From assembly GCA_030691545.1 (NCBI GenBank), contig JAUYEE010000330.1, forward strand, positions 67,553-131,552: DNA of 64,000 bases, written 5' to 3'. Positions 48,346-58,203 of the stretch are shown here, in pieces. The notes under the pieces were generated by a model. The model was not told the origin of the DNA. It saw nothing but the letters and a program-made list of their open reading frames with translations, and ran no database searches. Position 1 is the stretch's first letter. Each line of letters opens with the position of its first letter. The DNA comes from a bacterium (GTDB taxonomy: Bacteria > Auribacterota > JABMQX01). A program made the translations under genes and the position numbers.

Positions 48346-48921
48346 ATGATGGATGAGGCTGACATTGTTGCCGCGATGAAGGGCGGAGACGCCGCCGCCG
48401 TCGAGGAACTCGTCTGCCTTTATGGGGACAGACTGCTCCGGTCTGCTTATCTCCTCTGCGGCAACGAAGCGGATGCCCAGGACCTCGTCCAGGACACCCT
48501 CATCCTCGCTTTCCGAAATGCCCGCCGATTTCGCGGCAAATCCGCCCTTTACACCTATCTGCATGGAATCCTTCTCAACCTCACCCGGCACTACCATCGG
48601 AAGAGAAAGCGGGTGGTTTACACAGACCAACCGCCTGACCTCGCGAGTCCTGAGCCATCCCTCTCGCGTGACCCGGATGCCGCCGTCGCGTCCTCTGCCC
48701 TCATGGATGCCATCCAGCAGCTCTCCCCATCTCACCGCGAGGTCATCATCCTGCGTTACTACGAGGGCATGAAAATCCACGAAATCGCGAGGCAGATTGG
48801 TGTCACGAAAGGAACGGTCAAATCCCGCCTGCACTACGCCGTCAGCCGCCTTCGCCAACTCATTCCCGAAGAATTGAACCTTTTCTCCGCCAATGGCACA
48901 TACGACCGGAGAAAGCCATGA
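48346..48921 (+). CDS. ECF (group IV) RNA polymerase sigma factor
   Basis: Sigma-70 region 2 (DAQDLVQDTLILAF) and region 4 (VIILRYYEGMKIHEIARQIGVTKGTVKSRL). Confidence 0.9.
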   Translation: MMDEADIVAAMKGGDAAAVEELVCLYGDRLLRSAYLLCGNEADAQDLVQDTLILAFRNARRFRGKSALYTYLHGILLNLTRHYHRKRKRVVYTDQPPDLASPEPSLSRDPDAAVASSALMDAIQQLSPSHREVIILRYYEGMKIHEIARQIGVTKGTVKSRLHYAVSRLRQLIPEELNLFSANGTYDRRKP

Positions 48922-49487
48922 ACTGCAAGCGATGTCAGAAACTGATTCACGAGTACCTCGACGACGCTCTCCCGTCCGGGCTGCAGTCTTCCACCGAGGA
49001 ACATCTCAAAGCCTGTGATGATTGCCGGAAGGCTTTCGCTCAGGAGCGGGCGTTCTCAGAATCAGCCACGAAGCTCCTCCGTGAGTGTGTTCATTCGATG
49101 AGCCTCCATCCCGATATTCTCCCCAAGGTTCAGGCTGCGCTGGAGTCCGGCGCCCCGTCGCCGAGTCTCCCAGGCCATCGGAGAAAAGTCTTCCTGCGTC
49201 CGGCTCTGGCGCTGGGAGTCGCTGCCGTCCTGGTGACCGTAGTCTTCGCAATGCTTCGTAACCACCAACCACCGCACCCCATTCGCCGCGCCCAGTCCGT
49301 GCCCGAGCATCCGCAATCTTATATCATGTGCATGGCGACAATGTATGCCGACGAAACAAAGACCGATTGGATCGAACGACGGCTCATCGTCGAGATGAAA
49401 AATGGCGTTCATGGATACCTCAAAATCATCGCGACAAAACCGCCAAAACCAACTCAACCAAAAGAAGAGAAGGAGGCAGAGTCATGA
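48918..49487 (+). CDS. zinc-binding (ZAS-type) anti-sigma factor, single TM
   Basis: Start overlaps the sigma gene stop (ATGA). C-x2-C ... H-x3-C-x2-C (EHLKACDDC) ZAS motif; TM helix ALALGVAAVLVTVVFAML. Confidence 0.7.
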   Translation: MNCKRCQKLIHEYLDDALPSGLQSSTEEHLKACDDCRKAFAQERAFSESATKLLRECVHSMSLHPDILPKVQAALESGAPSPSLPGHRRKVFLRPALALGVAAVLVTVVFAMLRNHQPPHPIRRAQSVPEHPQSYIMCMATMYADETKTDWIERRLIVEMKNGVHGYLKIIATKPPKPTQPKEEKEAES

Positions 49488-50272
49488 AAAGGATTGTCTG
49501 GATTCCTGTTCTACTGTTGGCGACACTGACCGTCGCCTACGGACAGGTGGCTGAAGCGCCCTTACCCAGCGGTCTGCCCACGTACGGCCCGGGAGTTGCT
49601 CCGGTCGTGGTTGTGGAGCCTGCCGTAGCACAGCCGCCCGAAGCTGCTCCTCCCCCCATCCATTCGACTCCCGCGGTCAGGAGAGTTTTGGGCCCCGCGC
49701 CGGGCCCGGTCGCTGGAATGATGGAGGCTCCACCGCCCGCACAGCCCGAAGCCCCGGGCTACGGAATGACTCCCGGAACACCATGGCATGCCATTGGTGG
49801 TCAAGGCGCCGTCATGTTCACCCTGTTTGACCCCGAAAAAGGGGTGAGGTACGGACCTTTTCCCTTACGGACAGGTGGGCCGATCGCAGTGGGCGGGGTA
49901 GAGTATCACCTTGAAGTGGTTGGACTCGCGCCTCCACCGGAAGAAGAAAGGACCCGCGAGCAACTCAATCTCGAAGAAAGACTTCGCAAGACCCTCATCC
50001 CCGATCTCTTCCTCGAGGGTTCCGGTATTATGGATGCGGTTGACCTTCTTTCCGCCCAAGGCGAGGTGAATATCGTTGTCACCGAGGTGGTCCAGAAGAG
50101 CGGTTTCAACATCACTCTCAGACTGAGGAACATCCCGCTCTACGACGCCATCCGCTACGTCGCGGAGGTCGCAGACATTGGATTCCGGATTGATGACCAC
50201 GCCGTCGTAATCACGGACGAGGTGCCGCGGCCGGTCATGGTACCCATGCCTGTGCCTGGGGTCCGGAGATAG
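49484..50272 (+). CDS. secreted Pro-rich protein with C-terminal STN/secretin-N-like domain
   Basis: ATG overlaps the anti-sigma gene stop. Signal peptide, Pro/Ala-rich linker, C-terminal ..NITLRLRNIPLYDAIRYVAEVADIGFRIDDHAVVIT resembling the STN/secretin N0 fold. Confidence 0.6.
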   Translation: MKRIVWIPVLLLATLTVAYGQVAEAPLPSGLPTYGPGVAPVVVVEPAVAQPPEAAPPPIHSTPAVRRVLGPAPGPVAGMMEAPPPAQPEAPGYGMTPGTPWHAIGGQGAVMFTLFDPEKGVRYGPFPLRTGGPIAVGGVEYHLEVVGLAPPPEEERTREQLNLEERLRKTLIPDLFLEGSGIMDAVDLLSAQGEVNIVVTEVVQKSGFNITLRLRNIPLYDAIRYVAEVADIGFRIDDHAVVITDEVPRPVMVPMPVPGVRR

Positions 50273-50394
50273 CTTAGACAAGCAAAACGCTGTCCAAAGG
50301 AAGGGGAACGCCGGATCCTGAACCTTTGTCCGCCCCGTCGCGTCGGGTTGCAGCCGCAGAGGACGCAGAGCACGCCGAGACGTCTGCAATGAGT

Positions 50395-50432
50395 GAACCC
50401 TGCCCAGCTCAATGCCGGGCAGGGTTTCTTCT
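50395..50432 (+). terminator. rho-independent terminator candidate after ECF operon
   Basis: aaccctgccc-agctcaatgcc-gggcagggtt (10-bp perfect stem) followed by tcttctg. Confidence 0.5.
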
Positions 50433-50595
50433 GCGCTCTCCCTGGCCGTCGCCGTTGCAGGTGCCCGACACGCTGGGCTAACCGTAACGCAGGGGCAGCC
50501 CCCCTGCCTGATTGTCGAGATACGCGACAATTCCACAGCAATAGCGTACAATGGCAACATGTTTTCCGGGCAAATTTGCATCATGTCAGGAGCGG

Positions 50596-51603
50596 ATGAT
50601 GAAGAAGCTCAGCATTTTGTTCGTGTCAGCAATGGCGGCCGTGTTTGCCGCGGGACGGACAGATACTTCGACGGAAGCCGCGGGAGAGGCCTCCGGGCGT
50701 GGTCCTGCCCAGCCCCGCAGCGAGACGGCGCCACGGGTTGCGGGAACTGAGGGGGTGTCAGAGAACAAATTGAGCGTGCAGGCGGAGATCATCGCCATCG
50801 GCGATGAGTTGTGCTACGGGAAGGTGTATGACACAAACTCGTTCTGGATTGCGGATCAAATCACGAGGCGAGGGGTATTTGTGCGGAGAATCGTTTGCGT
50901 CCGGGACGACGTTGCCGACATGTCCGCGGCTTTGAAGGACGCTATGAGCCGCAAGCCCCGATTCATTTTCATCACGGGAGGATTGGGGCACACGGAGGAC
51001 GACCTGACGCGCGCGGCGTTGTCCGCGACCACGGGAAGAAGAATCGTGGCCCGCCCCGACATCCTCCAGTACATCGCAGAGAAAAGGGGCGTTTCGGTGA
51101 AGGACCTTCCGCCGCATTTCGCCATCTCCACCTCGTCGCTCGAGGGAGGGGTGGTTTTGCCGAACCCGGCTGGCGTGTCCCCTGTGAGCATAATCCAGGA
51201 AGGAGACACGGAAATCATCGCCCTTCCCGGACCGCCGCGTGAAGTGTACGCGTGCTTCGGGGAGCATCTGGCGGAACGAGTGCAACAGGTTACTGGCTAT
51301 CACAGCCATTCCCGGCGGGTCGTCGTTGACATGCACGAGTCAGAGCTGACGCCGTTAGTGACGCAGGTGATGCAGGAGGTGCCGGGGACCTACATCAAGG
51401 CGCTCGTGGGAGGATACAAAACAGGGTTTGGCATGCCCACCGAGGTGATGGCGTTCGGGCCGACGGAGGAGATTTGCCACGAGAGCTGTGACCGCGCCGT
51501 GGAGAGATTGCGGCAACTCAGCGCCGAGAAAGGGAGAAAGATGATGGACATGCCGCCAGAAGTTCCGGGTATGGGGTTTCGGGGGCAGGGGAGCATAGAT
51601 TGA
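50596..51603 (+). CDS. cinA: CinA-family competence/damage-inducible protein (MoCF-binding domain)
   Basis: AEIIAIGDELCYGKVYDTNSFWIADQI matches the CinA N-terminus; CinA C-terminal domain; AGGAG RBS before ATG 50596. Confidence 0.85.
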   Translation: MMKKLSILFVSAMAAVFAAGRTDTSTEAAGEASGRGPAQPRSETAPRVAGTEGVSENKLSVQAEIIAIGDELCYGKVYDTNSFWIADQITRRGVFVRRIVCVRDDVADMSAALKDAMSRKPRFIFITGGLGHTEDDLTRAALSATTGRRIVARPDILQYIAEKRGVSVKDLPPHFAISTSSLEGGVVLPNPAGVSPVSIIQEGDTEIIALPGPPREVYACFGEHLAERVQQVTGYHSHSRRVVVDMHESELTPLVTQVMQEVPGTYIKALVGGYKTGFGMPTEVMAFGPTEEICHESCDRAVERLRQLSAEKGRKMMDMPPEVPGMGFRGQGSID

Positions 51604-51624
51604 CCATTCCGGGTCGCCAAACCC

Positions 51625-51702
51625 TATCCCCCAAACCCCAAACCCGGGCTTCGTACTTGGGGTGTCGGGTTCAGGGGATGGGGTTTAGGGTTTCGGGAGC
51701 AT
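51625..51702. other. long imperfect C-tract/G-tract inverted repeat (ccaaacccc.../...ggggtttgg hairpin)
   Basis: caaaccctatcccccaaaccccaaacccggg - cttcgtactt - ggggtgtcgggttcaggggatggggtttagggtttcggg, between cinA and the permease gene. Confidence 0.45.
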
Positions 51703-51712
51703 CGCCACCGAT

Positions 51713-52663
51713 ATGAAGGGTCAATACGCCAACATCATAAATCTCGCGATCGGGCTGGTGGTCATCTTCGGCATGATGGCTGCCATTAGCCCGAAGGGGC
51801 CAGATGGGTTTCCGATCCTCTTGGGCAAGAGCAATCTGGTGGTGATGCTCGGCTTTTGCACCTTCAACATCCTTCTCGGCGCGGGGATGACGTTCGCTAT
51901 CCTCACCGGGGGGATTGACCTGTCGGTCGGGCGATGCCTCGCTGTGGCGAACGTGCTTTTCGCGCTTGTGCTGAATGCCACGAGCAGTCTGGTCCTGGCA
52001 ACCGCGGCAGCTCTCCTGTGCGGGGCGGGGGTTGGCCTGGTCAACGGCGTCATCACCGTGAAAGGTCGAATTCCCTCCTTCATCGCTACACTGGGGACGT
52101 ACATGGTGTGCTGGGGGTTGGCGTATGTGCTCTCGAGCGGCGAGACAATTACCACCAACGCAGAGATCATGCGCCGGCCCTTTGTGCGGGCGTGGATTCC
52201 TCTGGCGCCGGTCATTGTGCCGGTCATGGCCGTGGTCCTCGCGCACTTTCTCTTAACCAATTTCAAGTCTGGGCGATTCTTTTACGCGGTCGGCGGAAAC
52301 GTGGAAGCGGCAAGGCTGTCCGGCATCGCCGTGGACCGAGTCCGAATCATGGCGTTTGTGATCTGTGGGTTTTGCGCAGGGATTGGGGGAGTCCTTTACT
52401 GGACCAAACTGGGGAGCGGTAGTTCCCTCGCGGGGGAAGCCTTCGAGCTGTATGCGATTGCGGCAGTCATTATCGGTGGGACAAGCCTGTCGGGAGGAGA
52501 AGGCACGGTCATCGGCACGTTTCTCGGCGCCCTCATCATGGGTGTGCTGCGGGAAGGACTGGTCATTCGGGAGGTCAGCGAACACTGGCAGAAAGTAGTG
52601 TTTGGGGCGGTCATCATTGCCGCGGTGCTGTTCGATAGTCTCAGGAGGCGGCGCCGGGATTGA
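51713..52663 (+). CDS. ABC transporter permease (sugar, RbsC-like), lone
   Basis: BPD_transp_2 permease; no adjacent ATPase or binding-protein gene. Confidence 0.85.
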   Translation: MKGQYANIINLAIGLVVIFGMMAAISPKGPDGFPILLGKSNLVVMLGFCTFNILLGAGMTFAILTGGIDLSVGRCLAVANVLFALVLNATSSLVLATAAALLCGAGVGLVNGVITVKGRIPSFIATLGTYMVCWGLAYVLSSGETITTNAEIMRRPFVRAWIPLAPVIVPVMAVVLAHFLLTNFKSGRFFYAVGGNVEAARLSGIAVDRVRIMAFVICGFCAGIGGVLYWTKLGSGSSLAGEAFELYAIAAVIIGGTSLSGGEGTVIGTFLGALIMGVLREGLVIREVSEHWQKVVFGAVIIAAVLFDSLRRRRRD

Positions 52664-52719
52664 TGGGCGGGAGCTAAGTCCCCGCCACGGAACAAGTTTC
52701 CCTTTGACGGTTTGACATG

Positions 52720-52748
52720 TTTACATCGGCTCTGAACACGGCTAAAAT
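52720..52748 (+). promoter_or_regulatory. sigma70-like promoter TTTACA-N17-TAAAAT upstream of the DHS-like/agmatinase operon
   Basis: tttacatcggctctgaacacggctaaaat; ~150-nt leader to TTG 52902 (AGGAGG RBS). Confidence 0.45.
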
Positions 52749-52901
52749 TGATCCTGTGGGCATTTGCAGGGTAGCTCCCTGCGGAAGTGACGAACGATGC
52801 CTCGGCACGAAGGCCTGCAATTGTTCCGGCGCGGCCCGGGGCACCTCTGAGACAATAGGCGCGATTTCGGCGCATAAAGACGATTTCAGGAGGCTCGACC
52901 A

Positions 52902-54008
52902 TTGAAGAGAGAGATGCGCAACGGCAAGAACGATGGGCTGGAAAGCCTCGAAGCGATTGACGTCAGGTCCGCCAGCAGTTTCGCGGAGATGCTTCGGCAG
53001 ATGTCGAAGACGGCGTTTGGGGGAAGGCAACTGGGGCAAGCCTACCTCGTTCTCCGGGAAATGGCTGAGGACTCTTCGTGCACCATCATCGTGACGGTCT
53101 CCGGAGCCATGACCATCGCGAAGATGGGAAGGGTGCTGTGCGAGATGATTGACAGCGGGTTGGCGCATATCGTGGTGAGCACGGGCGCCTTGTTGGCCCA
53201 CGGGCTGTCGGAGTCCATCGGTGGAGTGCACTACAAGTATGACGGGCGTACGCCGGACAGGGTTCTGTACGAACGCGGGTACAACCGTGTGTACGACACG
53301 CTGGAGATGGAGACAAACCTCGCCGCGACTGACGACCTCATCAATGAAGTCGTCAGAGATTACGACTGGTCTCGTCCGACGTGCTCCCACGAGATCAACC
53401 GGGAGATCGGGCGGCACCTTGCCGAGAAGGGATTGATGCCGAGCATACTGGGTTGCGCGTACCGGAAGGGTGTGCCCGTGTTTGTCCCCGCTTTCACGGA
53501 TTCGGAGCTCGCCCTGGACCTGGCGACGCACTTCCTCAAAAAAGCCACCAAGAAGGGTGCGCGAAAGGAATCGGGGGGCGAGGGTCGGGAGGAAGCGGAG
53601 AATCTGTTTTCCTCGCAACCTCCTCCGTTCAATCCGTTTCTGGACCTGTACGATTTTGCCCGGAGGGTCTGTGCGGCGAAAACGCTCGGTATCTTCACCA
53701 TCGGCGGCGGCGTTCCGCGAAACTGGGGACAGCAGGTGGGTCCCTTTGTGGACATTATCAACATGAGGCTCGGTCTTGACCTCCCCACTCCACGAATCCG
53801 CTATGGGGTGAGAATCTGTCCGGAACCAGCGCATTGGGGCGGTTTGAGCGGATGTACGTACTCCGAGGGGGTCTCCTGGGGGAAGTTCATGTCGCCAGAC
53901 GAGGGCGGGCGTTTCGCGGAGGTCCACTGCGACGCGACTATCGCATGGCCCCTTCTCATTCGCGCGATTCTTGAGTCACGGGAAAAGAAGACTTCCAAGG
54001 GAGAGTGA
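52902..54008 (+). CDS. deoxyhypusine synthase-like protein (putative homospermidine/polyamine aminobutyl transferase)
   Basis: CTIIVTVSGAMT, VVSTGA, EGVSWGKF and IAWPLL motifs parallel eukaryotic DHS (CTIFLGYTS, VTTAGG, EAVSWGKI, LVFPLL). Confidence 0.7.
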   Translation: MKREMRNGKNDGLESLEAIDVRSASSFAEMLRQMSKTAFGGRQLGQAYLVLREMAEDSSCTIIVTVSGAMTIAKMGRVLCEMIDSGLAHIVVSTGALLAHGLSESIGGVHYKYDGRTPDRVLYERGYNRVYDTLEMETNLAATDDLINEVVRDYDWSRPTCSHEINREIGRHLAEKGLMPSILGCAYRKGVPVFVPAFTDSELALDLATHFLKKATKKGARKESGGEGREEAENLFSSQPPPFNPFLDLYDFARRVCAAKTLGIFTIGGGVPRNWGQQVGPFVDIINMRLGLDLPTPRIRYGVRICPEPAHWGGLSGCTYSEGVSWGKFMSPDEGGRFAEVHCDATIAWPLLIRAILESREKKTSKGE

Positions 54009-54892
54009 AAGCCGTGGCAATCGTGTACCCGGACCAGTTTTTGGGATTACCACCGTGCACCGTGGAAGACGCCGACGCGGTCATTCTTCCACTGCCGTTC
54101 GAGAGGACAGCCTCGTACGGGACGGGTGCCTGGAGGGCGCCTCGCGCCATTCTGGACGCAAGCTGCCAGGTGGAAACGTTCGACGAGGAGACCCTCGTGG
54201 ATTTCGAAGTCAGCCCCCGCATCCACACGGCGCCTGCCATTCTGGACGATGGAGATGCGGCGGTCGAAGAATACCTTGAGCGGGTCAAAGAGGCAGTAGC
54301 CCGGTTGAGGGGGAAGTTCGTCCTTTCTCTGGGCGGAGAGCACACCGTGACGTATGGCCTGGTGAGGGGGTTAGCCTCGAACGTTGCGAACCTTACCATT
54401 GTGCAGGTTGACGCCCACGCCGACCTCAGGGATGTCCTCGACGGGAAGCGCTGGTCTCACGCGACGGTCATGAGGCGATTGTTTGAGGAGGGGGCTCGGT
54501 TGGTGCAGGTTGGAGTGCGCAGTGTCTCGCGCGAGGAGTATGACCTGGTCAAGAGGGAGAAACGAATCGCATGCTTCTTCGCCCACGAACTGAAGTCCGG
54601 ATGGGAGCAGCTTCGAGAGACGTTGAGGCGTCTAAGAGGGGATGTTTACCTCAGTATTGACGTTGATGGTCTTGACCCGGGGGTGCTGCCCAACACGGGG
54701 ACTCCGCAACCGGACGGTTTGAGCTGGGCGCGGGTTATGGAGATTACTCACGAACTGTCCGTGTCAAGGCTCTGCCGCTTTCTCGCAGCCGACGTTGTGG
54801 AATACGTCGCCAGCCCTCATCCACCCGGCTGCGACATCATTGCCGCGAAGCTCGTGACAAAAATCCTTGCTCACCGTTTTGCCAAAAGGTAA
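54005..54892 (+). CDS. speB: agmatinase (ureohydrolase family)
   Basis: GGEHTVTYG, QVDAHADLRD, SIDVDGLDP Mn-binding motifs; GTG start overlaps the upstream stop. Confidence 0.9.
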   Translation: MKAVAIVYPDQFLGLPPCTVEDADAVILPLPFERTASYGTGAWRAPRAILDASCQVETFDEETLVDFEVSPRIHTAPAILDDGDAAVEEYLERVKEAVARLRGKFVLSLGGEHTVTYGLVRGLASNVANLTIVQVDAHADLRDVLDGKRWSHATVMRRLFEEGARLVQVGVRSVSREEYDLVKREKRIACFFAHELKSGWEQLRETLRRLRGDVYLSIDVDGLDPGVLPNTGTPQPDGLSWARVMEITHELSVSRLCRFLAADVVEYVASPHPPGCDIIAAKLVTKILAHRFAKR

Positions 54893-55071
54893 GCGGTGAG
54901 GACTAAACCGCGACTGCAAACCACCAAGACACAAAGACACAAATAGTGGAGGCGGCTTCCAGCCGCTTGGCGACGCGGCAAGACGCCGCGTCCACGGCAA
55001 TTCCCGCCAGATAGTTGCGTCTGGCGAGTACAAGCCCTTCCCCCAATCCGAGCAAAGGCCGCGCCCCTGGT

Positions 55072-55722
55072 TCAGCGTGAGCGTGCCGCGGCGACGGCTT
55101 CGACAAATTTCCGGGCGCGATCCGTTATCGCAGTGAACTGGCCGGCATTGATTTCTTTCGGGGGAGCGAGGTTTCCTCCTGCGGCAATCATCTCCGCCCC
55201 TGCTTTGATAAACTCGCCAGCATTTTCGAGGGTCACTCCGCCCGTCGGAACGAGTTTCACCTGCGGGAGCGGACCCTTGATGGCTTTCAGGTAATCCGGT
55301 CCGCCGACACTGGCCGGGAAGATTTTTACGGCATCGGCCCCGGCTTCCCACGCCTCGAGGATTTCAGTCGGGGTAAAGGCGCCGGGAATGGAAACCTTGC
55401 CATAGCGGTTCACGAGGAGAATCATCTCAGGGTCGAGTATGGGGCTGACCACAAACTCGGCTCCGGCGAGGATCGCGGCTCTCGCCGTCTGGGCATCGAG
55501 CACCGACCCCACGCCGATGATCGCGCCTCCCTTCAGCTCTCGTACTGCCTCGCGGACGACGTCCAGGGCGCCGGGCGTCGTCATCGTGACCTCGACGGAG
55601 ACGATGCCCCCTTCCGCAAGTGCGCTCGCCGTGGAGACAAGTTGGCCGGGCGAGTCGGTTCTCAACACAGCGATGACGCCGCAATCTACCATTCTGTCAA
55701 AAGTACAGCGGAACTTGTCCAT
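55072..55722 (-). CDS. eda: 2-dehydro-3-deoxyphosphogluconate / 4-hydroxy-2-oxoglutarate aldolase
   Basis: KDPG aldolase fold with conserved K in PTGGV; 216 aa. Confidence 0.9.
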   Translation of the reverse strand: MDKFRCTFDRMVDCGVIAVLRTDSPGQLVSTASALAEGGIVSVEVTMTTPGALDVVREAVRELKGGAIIGVGSVLDAQTARAAILAGAEFVVSPILDPEMILLVNRYGKVSIPGAFTPTEILEAWEAGADAVKIFPASVGGPDYLKAIKGPLPQVKLVPTGGVTLENAGEFIKAGAEMIAAGGNLAPPKEINAGQFTAITDRARKFVEAVAAARSR

Positions 55723-56001
55723 GTGCGTTCCTCTCGGGCGAAGTAGCTCAAGGCAATGGTCGTTTGCATGCTGCGCGGGCTGTCAGGCAGAGAACCTGCC
55801 GCGCCCAGCGTTCGATTCAGAAAATACTACAAGGCAAGCCTAAAATCAAGCTGGTGCAACCGCCGCCAAGTGCGCTTCTTGAGCATGTCGAGGAGAACGG
55901 CGCCGAGCGCGGAGGCATTGTGAATGGCGAAGATGCCCGCCAGGTCACAGTGCGCCTGAAGAATATCCCGATCGGTTTGGAAGCTTCGGTCGCGCCCGCC
56001 T

Positions 56002-56133
56002 TCAGGCTTGCCTTCGGGCCCCGACGTCAGTGCGCGGCGATGTGAGCTCCTCGGGTTCGCCCTTGTCCTTTCCGCATCCGACCAAAAGAGACAACGCAAT
56101 GACCAAAGCCAGTGAGAAAGCTGTGCTTTTCAA
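56002..56133 (-). CDS. tiny lipoprotein, 43 aa (hypothetical)
   Basis: TTG 56133 preceded by AAAGGAGGA plus 6 nt. Sequence (M)KSTAFSLALVIALSLLVGCGKDKGEPEELTSPRTDVGARRQA with an LVGC lipobox. The ORF-track ATG 56187 has no RBS. Confidence 0.45.
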   Translation of the reverse strand: MKSTAFSLALVIALSLLVGCGKDKGEPEELTSPRTDVGARRQA

Positions 56134-56240
56134 CGATTGTCCTCCTTTCGCGTGTTGAACTCCCGTATCGAAAGCACCGAAGAACACGTCGAGTCTCTAC
56201 CTCGGCCACTTCTCGGACTGTTCGGGGAACTCTGTCTCGC

Positions 56241-57812
56241 TCACCAAATGGGCTTCAGTTCCCAGCTCTCGAGCGATTCCAGGAGGGCTGTGCCGCCTTC
56301 GGCGAAGAGCTCAACCCCTTTGTCCTCGTCGCCGGGGTAAATGACTCGCGTCACACACGCCCGACCGCCGTTGACAAACACCTCCATGACCGATTTGTCC
56401 AGAAAGAGATGGAGAGTGAGCGGCGCTTTTTCATCGGCCCGCTTCAAGGAGACCTTCACACCTTCCACATCGAGCGTCGCGCCGTCGCAGCGAACGGTGA
56501 CCACGCGTTTTCCATCCTCGGACCGCCGCACCCTCAACCCGAACGCTCTGGCATCATCCCGTCGGAACACAGCATTGATCTCCATTGTGTCGCCGCGGAG
56601 ATTCTCAAGCACCAGGTGACCATCCTTGAGCGGGATTCCTGAAAACTCGAGATGCTTTCCTCGGAGCGCCTTCAGCTCAGGCGCCGGCCTCTGGATGAGG
56701 TATCCGTCGGGACCTATCGAAGGAATTCGCGGCAGAGCCATGCAGCCGTTCCATCCCCTGCCTTCGTGAAAACCCCGCACCCAGGCAAGCAACACGCATC
56801 GCCCGGCGCCATCGAAAAGCACATTTGTCGCGTAGTAGTCGCCGCTGTGGTCCACACGCCCTCGGTTCTCTGGGGTGAAGGCATATCTCTCCAGGTTGAA
56901 CGACCCGACGAAGTATTCCAGCGGGCGGTACGGTGAGCAGAGCAATACCCATTTCTCTCCAAGCTTGAAGAAGTTGGGGCACTCGGGGAATTGCGTGTCG
57001 CTCTTTGGCAGCCGGAAGAGGATGCCGCGATACGTCCAGTGGGTGAGACGGGGGTCTTCCGCTTCGTAGATGGGAACAACGGCTTCGTCGCCGAGGTCCG
57101 CTCCGACAACAAGAAACGTTCGCCCGGCTTCGCGGAAAATGAACGGGTCTCGCCAGCTTCCGCCGAACCTCGGTCCGCCCTGCGTCTCCAGGGTCAGAAT
57201 TGGATTTGCCGGGTGTTTCTGCCAGACAAGCAAGCTCTCGTCGCTCAACGCCGCCCACTGCTCATTTGGCCGCCGATTTCCATCCACGCTCGTGTAGAAC
57301 AGGAGGAGACGCCCCTCCCCGTCAAGAGCGGCACAGCCGGAGAAGCAATGGTTTTCTCCCTTCTCCTTCGACGGCCAGAGAGCGATGGGAAGATGTTCCC
57401 AGTGAATGAGGTCTTTACTGCGCGTGTGCCCCCAGTGCATGTTTCCCCATTGGTCGCCATAGGGATTGTGTTGATAGAAGACGTGATAATAGCCCTTGTA
57501 ATAGATTGTGCCGTTGGGGTCGTTCATCCAGAGAGCCGGAGGGCGGAAGTGGCAAACGGGCCGCGTGGGGTCTGCCTCTGCCTTCCGTACGGCAGCCGCT
57601 ACACTCTGCATGGCTTTTTCGATGGCGGGATTGGCGGAAGTCGCGGCGAGCCGTTCGGCGATGTGCGTGTCCGCGTCCGGGGTAACCACCGAGGCGGCTG
57701 GCGGCGCGACCTCGATGACAGAAACGAAGAGGCCCATGAAAGTCAAGAGCAGCCAGTTGCTCTGACACCATCTGTGCGATTTTGTCGTGCGGCGACTCAA
57801 CCTCCGTGTCAT
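56241..57812 (-). CDS. glycoside hydrolase family 32 (beta-fructofuranosidase/levanase-like), secreted
   Basis: WMNDPNG, RDP and EC(P) GH32 catalytic motifs; C-terminal beta-sandwich. Confidence 0.9.
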   Translation of the reverse strand: MTRRLSRRTTKSHRWCQSNWLLLTFMGLFVSVIEVAPPAASVVTPDADTHIAERLAATSANPAIEKAMQSVAAAVRKAEADPTRPVCHFRPPALWMNDPNGTIYYKGYYHVFYQHNPYGDQWGNMHWGHTRSKDLIHWEHLPIALWPSKEKGENHCFSGCAALDGEGRLLLFYTSVDGNRRPNEQWAALSDESLLVWQKHPANPILTLETQGGPRFGGSWRDPFIFREAGRTFLVVGADLGDEAVVPIYEAEDPRLTHWTYRGILFRLPKSDTQFPECPNFFKLGEKWVLLCSPYRPLEYFVGSFNLERYAFTPENRGRVDHSGDYYATNVLFDGAGRCVLLAWVRGFHEGRGWNGCMALPRIPSIGPDGYLIQRPAPELKALRGKHLEFSGIPLKDGHLVLENLRGDTMEINAVFRRDDARAFGLRVRRSEDGKRVVTVRCDGATLDVEGVKVSLKRADEKAPLTLHLFLDKSVMEVFVNGGRACVTRVIYPGDEDKGVELFAEGGTALLESLESWELKPIW

Positions 57813-58203
57813 GGTTTGTCTCCCGATTTTGCGCTGGTTGCTCGTAAAGCCGGGGGCATAGTTGCGAATCGTATGCTGTCAGAAACAATGCGGCCGGAGG
57901 GAGCATGTGTCAAGCGCATTCGCCTTTAGAAATGCACTGTACATGTAGAAGGTAGACAGGGGTATGGGAGGTTGAGTTACCTGAGCGCTGAGGTGATGAA
58001 GAGGCTGAGGAGAAGGGAAAGCGGCGTTGGCGGGTCGAGCGCGATTACAGGCGCCGGGCAGAGCGGAGTATTTCCCTGGAGGATAAGAAAGGTCTCCACA
58101 AGCCGACACCGACGGGGAGAATGGTGGAGAATCATCGGGTCGCGCGCGACCTCGGGGCGAAATTGATCCGCGGCGCTTGAAAGACGCTTGCAGCAGATGG
58201 ATC

